From contig NW_026930103.1 of assembly GCF_032062105.1 (NCBI RefSeq), forward strand, positions 372,001 to 436,000: 64,000 nucleotides of DNA, in the 5' to 3' direction. This DNA comes from Saccostrea cucullata. Lineage: Eukaryota. The translations under genes were made by a program, and so were the position numbers. Positions within the stretch are counted from its first letter, which is position 1. Every line of letters starts with the position of its first letter. Below are positions 37,995 to 51,200 of this stretch, in pieces. The notes beneath the pieces were generated by a model. The model searched no databases, had not been told where the DNA came from, and was given only the letters and a program-made list of their open reading frames with translations.

Positions 37995-40087
37995 ATGTGG
38001 AGGAACCTGTTTAGGGCCTCAGTGAAGAGGGGCATTAAAGGGGTTTTTCAAGTCTGGTGTGCTGGCTGTGGAATTATGCTATTTGCAAACAGGGTAGCAT
38101 GGAGCATTAATGTAAGCAGATTTTTTTTTTCAAAATTAAGAGCCTTTGAAACAAGAACTTGAAGCATGCAAACTTTTTATAATTGAAAAACAAATAAATT
38201 CATTTAACATGTTTAAAACAAACATGTCATCATTAAAAAAAAATCCAAAATTATCTTCATTTTTTAAAATTTATTGCAGCTGACAGGGGATTCCATGTAT
38301 CCAACAATTCACTCCAATGATAAAGCATTTATTGAGTACATGAGTGTTTCAAATCACAGATTACAAAAGTAAGAAATACTTTTGTGCTTTTATTTCCTCT
38401 TGCCTTTATTTACTGGGTTTTTCAAATGATTTTAGATGTAGAAAGAAAGAATAATTGATATACTTTATTTGACAAAAAACATACCTTTACATTTTTTGTG
38501 TATGTTTAGTGCATATATTTTTTGTATAATGTGATTATAAAATTTTGTCACAATCACAGAAACTAAGAAACGAAATATCCTGCATTTTAAAATTTAGCAT
38601 GTCTTTTGTGAAACTTATGGGTAGAAGAATTTCTATAAACTCAGTTACTTGCATTGAGTTCAATCAATCAGGCACTTGATTTTAAATTAATTCTTGTGTA
38701 TGTATAATAAATACCACGTGGAAGAATCCTAAACATATGCATAAATTTTTTTGATAGACCAAATTTTACACTAATTCAAGTGCACAATTCATTCACATTT
38801 GGGGAAAAATGTACAACTTTTTTTGTTATTGTAGAGATGACATAGTTATTTGTAAGAAGCCCTACAACCCCACTAGTTTAGTGTGCAAAAGACTGATAGG
38901 CATGGAATATGACAGAATCATTAAAGAAGATGGAGAAGTGGTCAAGGTAACATAAATCACAATCACAGCAATTTGCTAATGACAAACAATTTCGATTGAT
39001 TATCATATAGTATTCATTCAATTTATATCTGAGTAGTTCCTCATATGTTTTAAATCTTCTTGGAAAGAAAAGAATTTTTTGAAAGTACAGTAAAACATGC
39101 TTATTGCTAAGGTGTTTATAATGAATTGACGATTATTGAGAAGTGATTTCATTCCCCATGATACTCAAAATAAGCACCTTTGCAACAACCACACGAGACT
39201 AACATATTCAAGTATTGAATCCAATTTCAAATTAAGCTTAGAATTAAATTTGTCCAACAGAAGTCAGAATAAAAAAGTTGATTTAAAGTATCAGAAATAA
39301 ATGTGTACTAATTATCCTAATAAGACTATGGAACTTCAATACATGTATTCATCCAATATTTGCAGGTACCTCAGGGCCATGTGTGGTTAGAGGGAGATAA
39401 TAAAGAGGATTCAGAGGACTCCAGGGATTATGGTCCTGTTCCATATGGATTGCTGGAGTCCAGGGTTTTCTATAGGGTAAGCTTTAATTCCTATGGGTTT
39501 TTGTTAGAATTTAGGGTTTTCTATAGTTCCAGTAAGCTATCATTTTTATGGAGTTTTGTTGGATTATAGGGTTTTCTATTGGGTAATTAATCTATCATTC
39601 CTATGAATGGGGTAATAAGAAAACAAACTTGTTCGATAGAAATCATATTTATTAACCTCAAACCAAACCCTAACTACAGAATGAGTACTTAAAAAAGTGG
39701 GCTTCATATTTTAGCGGCTTTGGTGTGGACATTGATGTGCTAATTCTTAATTAATGCTAAAAAAAATCATTCATAAACACAATAAATGGCGAGGAATAAA
39801 TCATGAATATGCCAAAAAACTCAATACCCAGTTATTTCACTAATTCAGCTTTTATTACACCAATTTTTGTACACGTACAGAATATCATCTGTTTGATATT
39901 TAGGTAAAAGATCAATTTTCTACAGTTTTTTTTTTTACTACATGTACATTTATACTGAAAAAGCTGTTGCTTTCTATTTATGTTGTAGTGGTGGCCTTTG
40001 ACCAGAAGGGGGTTCCTAGAACTTCCAGGTGAAGTGGAAATCAACGAGACAAGGCGGAAACCTATTTTATATACTGGCAGTAGCTAA
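37995..40087 (+). CDS. IMMP1L: Mitochondrial inner membrane protease subunit 1 (peptidase S26, ~175 aa)
   Basis: Exons 37995-38111, 38280-38368, 38835-38946, 39366-39476, 39989-40087. Catalytic Ser box GDSMYPTI, Lys box VCKRLIGME, and VPQGHVWLEGDNKEDSEDSRDYGPVPYGLL...WWPL, which matches IMP1 rather than IMP2. Confidence 0.92.
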
Positions 40088-42276
40088 ACAGGCAAATTTT
40101 ATGTGACTTTAATGTTTCTTAAAGATAAGGTATCAGTTTTAAACATACTTGTGTTCATACAGATGTAAATTATTTTCATACTTTTATTCATGCTACACTG
40201 TACATGTGCAAATAACAGGGTAATTTCCTTTGTCTTGCCTCGTAAACTTATAAAAAAAAGCATTAATTTAATAAAATATCAGCATTTATATCTGAATTTA
40301 TTTAGCAATTTTTTATGATTTGTTTTTATTAATTTGTCATGATTTTATTTTTTAAATACATTGCAATGTAAGCCATTCTTGTGATTTCTAAGTAATTTAT
40401 ATGAAAACATACTTGTAAAGATGTATGTCAGTATGTTTACATGTTTAACAAATAAAAAATTCCTTATAAATTTTTTGATGTAAGAGGAATGAACTATCCA
40501 GATGTTGAATCTTACTTATTCTGTTCTGCAGTGCTTCAAGCCAAACGGCATTGGTTTATAAAACACATGTATATGAAACCTGTTCTGATATTTTCAAAAG
40601 ATTCATCCTAACATAGTATCTGATTACCAGTAAATGTATTTCAGCATTGCTGTATTGTATATTTTTTAAGAAAATCAAAATACAGACAGATTTGCTTTCT
40701 TTTCTGGCTCAGGTGAAATGAAAGTAAAGACAAAAAACACTTCTTCAATATTTATTAAAACTTGCATTAATTTACATGTACACAGTTGTCACTAGTATAT
40801 AAATAACTATATTTGTCACACTACATTCATGCCATACATCGGACCACAAGCAAACAAATATTTATGACTTTGCCAGAACTGAAGATAAGGCAGGAAGAAA
40901 TGGAACTGGTATTTTTGCATTAAAACACTGAAGCAAAATTAAAATCAAGGAAGGCATTGATAGCACTTTATATCACAGGCTTGTGCTTTGAACTAAGTTA
41001 AAGGCAAGGTAAAAATGTTAATTAACTAAACTGAGTATTTACTACATGTATAACTAAGTACTATATGTCCATCTTGTCATGGCATTACTAAAACTTGGTA
41101 GTTATGACACTTCCTATTAAATGCACAATTGTAATATCTGTATGGTCACTGAAATTAAATGTTGATTATACTTTAAGAATTTTTTTTCTTTTTAATAAAT
41201 TTGTTTGAACTTGAATTCCTTAAAAGTTACAATAGTTACATTCTCTGTATTTGTTTAAAAAAATCTGGATACAATTGCATAAAATATCACAAAGTAAAAT
41301 ATATTTCAAATACCCTAAAAAATTATTATAATACACCAAGGGCAATCGAAAACTAAAACCCTCATTAAAATATATTTAATTAAATATTAAAGTCCTCATT
41401 TTTGAAATATGTTTCTGCAGTTGTCTGTAAAGAGAGAAGGAGGGGGGGGGGTACATGTAAAAGTTGTTTCCTTTTTTATGACAAAGCTACATGTACAGTA
41501 CATCAGAGTACATGATCAGCAGTGCCTATTTATAGAAGCAGTAACAGTTTAAGATAAAGATTACATCAAGTTCTAATAAATTTTAAATTTCAAGCATTTA
41601 AAAGCCAACATTTAGATATCCTGAGGGTATAAATTACCAGGTAAATGCATTTTTAAAAGTATACATGTAACTAACTGAAAAAAAAATTGAGGTAAAAAGT
41701 GGATTGTCAGCTTTCAGTTGAACAGCTTAAAAAAAAAGAGTAAACAGAATTTAAAACAAATTTTTCTATTATAAAATAAAAGTTGGAATGTTGTAGAAAC
41801 ATAAATATGCACTTATAGTACAAAGATAAGACTTGTTAACAATCTTAAAAGCAAGAGGTTTTATTGCTTCACTGGTATATGCTTAATAACAGTGAGTTTG
41901 ATAAAACACATGACTGACAAGACACAAGAAGCTACAGCAAGTAAAACCCTGGATTATATTTTAAAAGTAGAAATATGCTTGATTACAATGGATAATACTG
42001 AATTATCTGGATACATGTACACTGTACTTGGTAAAGGAACTCTAATATTTTTTCTGAATAATGTAAAGTTGGAGACTTGAGACATTACTCCATTGACAAA
42101 CCATTTCCAAAATAAATAAAAAAAATTTTCTCTTAGAATTCAGGTTTTTACCTTGAACTACCTTCTTCCACAAAGAAAGACAATCTTTCGGACTGAAATA
42201 TTAAAGTCTTCCATTTAAAAACTTGGTGGTATAGACAGAGTTGACTAGAACAAAATAAAATGGCTATATTTTTGGC

Positions 42277-45200
42277 TTAGGACTCTTCCTCGAATTCTGT
42301 TGGAATAATTTCCATTTCAACTCCGAAAGCAGCTTCCCAAGGTTCACGAATTGAGTCCAACATTGACCTTGTACTCATGCTGGTTTCCATGGCAATGAAC
42401 CACTGAGCCTCTTCTTGAGATTCTTCATTAAAGAAATTTATCTTGACTTTAGCACCCGTTAACTGACATACCTCCTAAAAAAGTAATTAAAAAATTATCA
42501 TGATGACATAAAAAGTTGTGATGCCTGAAAGCACTTAGACGCTTTCTCTCTCTTCATATCAAATGACTACTGTATTTGTATTTATCCGCAAGCTCCAATA
42601 CTTATTTAAGGGGGCAAATGCATTATTAATTATCAAAACTGATATGATTAACTCATTCTTCATTCAATGCATTTATAACAATAAAAACTGGTCAAGTTCT
42701 TACAATTCTCTTATAATTAAACCACTCTGTTACATTAAACTTTTCCATATCTTTGAATACAGACCACTAGAAATATCCTAGAATCAAAGTCTAAAACATC
42801 TTTGACCAAAAGCCATTTGAAAAAGACCAAGAAATAAGCCTACATTTTCTTGAAAACTCACCACAGAAGCAATGTTATTAATTTTCTGCCTGTCCAGGAG
42901 AACAAACTGTTGTCCTTTGATGTGTTCAGGTAAAGCTGACTGTAACCTTGGTAATGGCCACTGGTGGTTCTCTACGACTAGAGAGATGTACGTTTCTGTC
43001 ACAGCCAGACCCACAGATCGAGTGTCATCGGTATTTTCTGTATAAAAGAAGTAATACTGATATGTAAAGGAAGAGTTGCTATTTAAAATTTGATGCTTAG
43101 ATTTTAATGTCTCACGTAGAAATAGTGGAATTGACTTCTTCATGTGACATTTGAATATCTGCAGTGACAATAAAATGAAAAATGTTTGTCTCCCTTTTCT
43201 CTTTTTGACCAAATTTTATATTTACTAAGGTTGTCCTGTAAAATTGGGACAAAGCGTTTTTCTCGAAAAATAATAGGTGCACTTAGCTGAAAACTTAAGT
43301 ACCGTAAATGTTTATATATCATATTTTAGTGCATTATCATTTTTTTGACAAAATTTAGACAAAAATAAAGATTTTATTATGGTTGAATGTGCATAGGGTA
43401 CGGTCCTACGGCGTAAGGTTAAAAAAAGAAGGTTTTATTAAAGACAAAAATAAAATAGATAAGATTGGGGAAAAAATTATCCTTATTTGATTCCACAGTT
43501 TATTTTGTCTTTTTAAATAATTCAAGGCATTTGGTTAATTTTTGGCAGTTTCCTGAGCATTCGAAAAGGGAAAGTGGTAAACACAACACACCAAAAATAG
43601 TAATGTTTGATGACATTATGGCAGAAATTAAGTTTCCAACAAGTTTAGATTTGATTTAGCTCTTTCTGAATGTGGTAGATATACCCCGGTAAATGTACGA
43701 TATACAAAGACATTTAGTAATGCATGAACTTGATTAAGTGAACTCTGCTTTCCGCCAAAATCACTAAGTAGAATACAGTGCTAAATATATTACGTTAACA
43801 GTAATTTCAAGTCACAGAAATTATATCTCTTGTATCATAATAGTAAATGCCTTAAAATGTAATTAAATTTTTTTCTGTGTATAATATCCAACCAACTTAC
43901 CTGTAATAAATATTGCAGACAGGTACCTAACTAGGTCGAACTTGTTGTCATCGTCGTTGAGGTTGTGTTTGAACTTCCACCAGACTGTGTCCTGTAGATT
44001 ACCCAGCGTGTCCGCATTAAACTTACTGATCCCCTCCAACTTACTCTCCTCACTGAAAGCTGTGTCCTGGATAATTTCTGTAAGATGTAAACAAATTCAC
44101 TGTGTAAAGAAGCTGTGGATTATTTATGTAATACTAGTAATAAAGTGAACATATTGTAAACATACTTTATCCAACATCTCCAGAAAAAGTACTTCAACAG
44201 TATTTTTATCATCATAAATATTCAATATGAAAAACTAACAAATATCTGGCAAAGCCATCTTCAAGTTCAAACCTTAAAGCCTGCAAGAAACTTGCTGACA
44301 AACAAACAAACCTGATTCCCTTCTTATTTTGTAAATTTTATTTTACAGGCCTTACTGTCTGTGAAGTACCTCAATGCTTCTTGTAATAAAACTACCAGGA
44401 TAATATCAAATTTCAAAATCTGACAATTGTTTCCTGAATCTATTCATATAAATACACCTTATCAAATTTATTCCCCCATATTATGTATTATCAGACAATA
44501 CCGTTACTAAGCTGGTGAACACATGACTAACCTGTTACTAAACTGATGAATGATTTACATCTCTCTTCATCTCTGATCAGGAAGCTGTAGCTGGAACACA
44601 TTGTATCAAACTCCAGTCGGACACTCTGATAACCTAGTCCTATATCAATGTAACACAGCTCAGTGATTGGCTGATTCTCAATGCAGGATAATCCATCAGT
44701 ATTCTCCCTATATATGGTCAAAATGTGCATATGTATCAAAATGTGCATGTATTTCATATTCTTGTACACATATTTCAACCATGCATGATAAAATACATAA
44801 ACTTTAATTGAAAGAAATAGTACTTGTAACTGTCAATACATTTTGAATTTTTCGACTTCATAAATTGAATAGTTTTAAATTATTTTCTTCATTATGACTA
44901 TTTGGAATACTCTTATACTCTGAGTCAGCTCTTTTTGTTTTGTGTATTATAGTTTAACAGCATGATTTATTCTAACAAATAAATGAGCATATAAATAATA
45001 TTATTGATTAAATCTGACCATTTACTTGATCTGCGATATAAATAGTTTATGTTAAATCTTACCCTTGGCCTGGATCAGTGATTTCTATGATCAGGACCCT
45101 GCTGGTAGAGAAGATGAGATAGGATTGGAACTCCGAAGACCTCATGTACTGGACAGTGGAACACTGGAAAGAACCAATCAACAGATGAGATCTATATTCA

Positions 45201-48200
45201 AATTTGTAGGTCTGATTTAAAAACTACAACATACTGTTGTTTGTAAAACACTGATGTCCCCATATAGTAGCTAATGGGGAATATTAAAGTTTCACAAATG
45301 CAAGTCAAACTTCAAAATTAAGATAAAGAGTTATAAAGGTGGGTAAAACACATTGTACAAGGCAAATGCAATAAACAAGGTAATGTTTTAGCACTTATAG
45401 GGACTGCATCATAAATCATGTGTACACATGCATTAGCAGTTAAGATGCAAGACTAATGCTAAAATAAAACTTTAAACTCTTAAGATTTAAGGAAAGGTAA
45501 ACTTTTCTCTTTACTTACTTGTATACAAAACTGAATACTCTCAGATTCCTCAAAAACATTCATATCCAAGTACAGTTGTAATTTGTGATCAACAACACTC
45601 AAGTCAACATGGTGTAAATTGTCCAGGCTTTTCAACCAATCATAACCAGATTCATTCATCACTGCAGAACTGTCTGTCATGTCAACTCCATTCACCACTA
45701 TCCCCACCCTCTGGGTAATGCTGTCTTGGGTACTATTTTGTTCACAAGTTTCATAACTGGAACTATTGTCTATGGATTCCTCCCCCGTTTTAAACTGGGA
45801 ATAAATGCTTGTGTCTCCATTATTGTTCTCTCTATCTGAACACTCATTCATCACAGTCTGACTCGTGTCCTTTTGTGGAGAGTCATTATTTATGGACAAG
45901 GAATTCTCATACATACTAGATACCATGCTAGAACAAATACTATTGGACAATGGTGACCCTACAGGGGTCAAGTCTTCTTCCTCAATTACTCCATTCAAAT
46001 TCAAACTCCTAGGAACAGCTACATTGCCATTTTCACCTTTATCTTCCTTTTGTGGAGTTGATGTCACAAAACAAGTATTGTCGCCATTTTGTTGTGATTC
46101 AGATATCGTTTCAACACTGGATTCCGATATCACAGATATGCTAGCATCACTGGGATTGGTTATCAATGAGATATCACTGTCTACAGAGGTTCGAGTTTTT
46201 CGATGACTCTGCTCGGTAGACTTAACGTCTGACCATGAATCAATAAGTTTGGCACTCTCCTCTTCCCTTTGTTTTTCACTGAGAGCTTCTCCGGTAGAAT
46301 TGGATCTGGTTATTTCTGGTGTTGTCAGTATTTTTCCGATGTCAGAATGAGACATGACGTCATTGAATGCATAGGTCCTAGGCCTGGTCAAACTACCTGT
46401 TACAGAAAAATAATCAGTTTGTCATTTATATCATTAACATGTGCCTAACAATAATTAAACACATTCTCTTACACTTTATACAGTTTGCAATGATCTATAA
46501 GTATTGAACATTTTGAAAATATCTAAATTTTATGACTTAAGTTTTCACTTACCTGACACTTCTGATTCATCTTTTTTCCTGGTGGAAGAAAAACAAAATC
46601 ATGTGAATTTTTATATATATACTATGTAAAGTGAAATCGCCAATCATAGAAAAAATAATTTAAATTTTTAAATGTATGGTAAAACGACGCAAACATACAT
46701 AATTTGAACAATCATTATTTTTGAAAATTCGCTGTTACACTCCTTGTTAAAATTTCAATAAACAATTTTACCCCTCCTGTTTCATGTCCTCTCCATTGTT
46801 GGTGGGTTGAGCCCCCATGGAAACAGGGACCCCCTCCTCCTCCTCCTGGGCCACCTCCATCATCATCTGACTCCCGCAATGAGGGCACTGGTACCTCACC
46901 TCTATAAGAAAATAAAAACTCAATAATGAATACTTTTTTTACTGTAATAATTTTTGTCTTTTGAATACAGACTTAAAAGCTGCAAATGTCATTTTTTACT
47001 ATCAATTCATTCCAGTGACATACCTGGTTCTGCAGTTTTGTCTTTTTTGTCAAATACATGCTCAGAGATGTCCACCTCCTGTTTGGAGACTACTTTTGAA
47101 CATTTCAAACACTGTAATGGAAGATACTGTACATGTATATCATTAGTAATTTATGAAACCCTGACCAAGAAGTTTGTCATCATTACAGAGCCAGTTTTCT
47201 TTATGAAAGTCTACATCCACATATAAACTATACCTGTAGAAGATTTTTCTTTCTTTCCTCTGCCTCTTTAGCTTCAACTATTGGTCTTAATAGTTCCTCA
47301 AATTCCTATAAATAAATTAGAAATATTGACAACCACAACTTCATTTACATCTTGTGATCACATCGACAGCTACAAAATGCATCTTTCAATACTTCTCATA
47401 ATTAATAAATATTTTTTTCTCATGTTCACTTTATTTATTTACAACCCTAATATAAACTGCAATAAAAAACATTTTTTAAGTTTATCTAAAGCTTATAAGT
47501 GCATATTTTTTTTTTTTTATAGAAATTTGCTGAAACAATTTCTGACTAACTTTTGATGCTACAGTGTTCTCCATTATGAAGACTCTTTCCCTCCTGTCTT
47601 TCTTCATGTAGTCAAACTTAGCCCTGAACACAAGGACTTTTTCATCAACTAAGTTTGCATGAGTCACTGCCTCCTCTTCAATCTGTTAATATAAACCAAG
47701 TTTGCATTCTGATATGTTGTGCAATTGCATTATATATTTTTATTCCCAAATACCTGCACTTGTATTTCTCTCTGTTTAATTCCAAAACATTTTTCAATCA
47801 AGTTTCGGAAAATCTAACATGACAAGTTTTACCCCATATGACATGTATAATTTTACAGTACATATCATATTTGATGGTTTAAAACCAAATCAATACCTTG
47901 AATGATAACAGGCATCTGAGATCCAGCATTTCTATGATCTTCCCGTCAATGTCTTTTTCAATCAAGTAGCGCTGGTTGAGGGTTACAAGTAAAACTTTGA
48001 GATCAGCATCAGGCAGCATTACAATAAAGGGCTCACATTCTTCTCCTGTCAAAAATTATACAATCACTATTTTGTATTCAATGAAATATCTTGTACTAGA
48101 ATTATAAGGGTCTTCATAGAAGCAATAACAGCTAACCATGGTTGCAAAGAAACTCATGATTAACTTTTTTCTCTACTCCTTCTTTCCAAATTCAGTGTTA

Positions 48201-51200
48201 GTGCATCTTGCACAAAGCTTTCAAATATATCACATTCATTAGTTTTCTTGATATTAATCTTGTCTCAATTAAAATGCATTGCCATTTCCTTCATGTTATG
48301 AAACAAGCTTCCCATTCCAAAGAATGGTCAATAATTTAAATGTCAGCACAAATCATATGTCTACAATAACATACAAAGAAATCAGTCTCCCAACACATTA
48401 CCATAGAGAGCTAATTTCTCTTCTTCATCCCTATCCCACTCGGCTCCCTTTGAGCTGTTCATTCTGTTATAGCCTGGGTGTTCACCAGACAGGGTGGAGA
48501 AATCTGAGGAAGAGGTCTTCATGATGGTTTCTGTAACAGAGATGCAAATTAGTTTTTTTTTTACACTAACAAACTTTCCCTCAGAAGGCTATACACACCT
48601 TGACTAAGAATGGGACATACACATGTACATGCAATAAATGCTCATTGCTATGAACATACATAATTGTTTACAAAAAATTGACAAAACTTGATTGAACCGA
48701 GAGAATAAATTTGAGATATCCAAGGAATTAAGATATTGAAGGTAAAATACACAAAGAGTAAGTAGTTGGGACTTCCAAATAACTTTGATATATCCATGAT
48801 ATTCGAGATATCAGTATTCAAGATAAAAAAGTTCAACTGTATTATATAATTGACTTACCAGACCCATTGGATACATGTAAAACTTCAATGTCATCTTCCA
48901 TATCATTCTCTCCATGATGAACATCCACTGTACTCCCATTCAAATAGAAGTCATCTTCCGTGTGAACGGCTGGTTTTGAATTTGTGTTATCTTGAGTGTG
49001 ATTGGATTGTTTTTCATTATCAAGTACAGAACTTAGTAAAGTTGATTTCTGTTCTCCATTCTCAATAATCTGTATACTACCATCATAATCCTTCGCAGAT
49101 ATCACCTGTATAATACAGAACATATAGATAATTCATTTTTACTAAAAATTCAAAAAAAACCAGTAAAAAGTAGATACATGTAACAGGAAAAAGACATGAT
49201 ATTTATACCCTGTTGATCGAAAATTTTATAATTCTACAAGGAGAGGTGGTAAGGTTTCTTTCCTAGTCCAATATTTATGATATACATGTACATATTTTTA
49301 ATACAGAAAGCATATCAGTTTTTAAAAATTTGAAGTGACATATCATATGTGTCTTTAAGAAAATTCTTCAAATACCTGTAGCCAGTTTACACCATAGTGG
49401 TCTCTCAAGACTTCTATTTCTTCTCGTGTTGATGCCTGTCCCTCTACAATTCTTGTTGGTGAAGGAGCTGTTGGAAAGTTAAATGACAAATTTAGATTTA
49501 TTTTAAAGTCGGTTAAGTAAAACACATTTACTGGGAAGACATACATCTTTCTACCAAGTATACAATAATAATAAACCATCAACTACGTAGAGTGAAAAGC
49601 AGGTACAATGAAGCATCAATCTTTAAGTTATTTCTTGTGTTCTCACTAAAAATGTGATTGTGACATGATACTCAATCATTTACCTATAATTTCAATGTAG
49701 TCTAAAATTCAAGAAAAAACACAAATCTTTAAATAATTGTCTAAAATAAAGTGGATTCCTGGTGTGGGGACATCATCATTCTCATCCCCTTCTAAAAAGT
49801 CAATACACTAAATTATATTCATACTGACCTCTTGAACTCTCTGGAGAGGACTGGTCGGTGGTTTCAGTGACCTCACTTCCTTCTGTGTCTGTCCTTTGTG
49901 ACCTTACCCGGGATTTCTTCCTCCGGCTTTTCCTCCTGCCTGGGGACCCCACCTTCACTGCTTCTGCAATGTCGTCCGTGTCGTCAAAATTGTAGGACTG
50001 AGCCAGACTTGGGTTATTTGTTGACTGTCTGGAGCTTCTTTCTGCTGGCTGTTTGCCTGTGGACAATTTTCCTGTGCTCTGAAGGTGCTGTAAAAGAAGA
50101 AACAAAGCTTTATTATCGATGGTGTTCAAATTATCAATTAATATTGTCAGTGCCATTCTCTATCCTTGAAAACAAATTTAGTTGTAATCTAATGTCTTTT
50201 TCATAAAATGTATGTGTTGCATGGTGTATGTGGCAAACCTCTATATGGGTACTGAGTATATCTTTCAGATCATTAAATCTTATCATTTGAAACTTTAATA
50301 TTAATGTTCATGCATATATTGGGTAAATGGAATTCCTTGCAGAATTTGATATTTGAACAAGATTAAATATTACATGTGTTAAGTATTGTAATATTTCTAT
50401 TACAACCAACATCNNNNNNNNNNNNNNNNNNNNNNNNNNNNNNNNNNNNNNNNNNNNNNNNNNNNNNNNNNNNNNNNNNNNNNNNNNNNNNNNNNNNNNN
50501 NNNNNNNNNNNNNNNNNNNNNNNNNNNNNNNNNNNNNNNNNNNNNNNNNNNNNNNNNNNNNNNNNNNNNNNNNNNCCAGGATTTCTGCTGGTTTAACAGG
50601 TTTGCCATCCAGAACAACCTAAATATAACAAAATACCAAAATGAATTAAAAGAATTCCACATAATTTTCTGTAACAATAAGACACGTTATCTGCAACAGC
50701 ATAACCAGAGATTATAACTGAAGCCTTACAGTAATCACGTGTGTCACGTACGGTAGTCAAAAAATTTACAAAATCTACATGTATCTCAACAGTACTGAAC
50801 TTCACAAGTTATGTAATCCAAATGTCTTGGTACCACAAAAGCACATATTTGATATTTTTAAAATGTTTTTAGTTACAACATATTTGAGATCTTATTAATC
50901 TATATATATGCATCATACCTCTTTTGAAGTGATAGCTTTAGATGACATCTGATGAAGGGATCGGATTCTATGTTGTTGATGATAACTTAAAGGGTTGCCT
51001 TGCAGACTTATCTGAAATTCAGAGATTTGTATTTCATACAGATAGTTTTCAAGTCTCATATTACACTGTAGCATAAATATAGGTTAAAGAAATGTTATAG
51101 CTGTTATTTCTATACATTTGATTCTATTAACATTAAAATATTTTGTATTTCTAATAAAATTTTCATCAAAAGAAAAGATTTTTTAAGCAACTAATACTGT

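Noticed and set aside
45865-46206. 113-aa plus-strand ORF
   Set aside because: Antisense to the 878-nt STK11IP exon.
49745-49791. Possible extra STK11IP exon (EGDENDDVPTPG)
   Set aside because: It would need a 37-nt upstream intron and has no clear donor; the flanking exons already join in phase.
50363-50717. ORFs containing runs of X
   Set aside because: Artefacts of the N gap.
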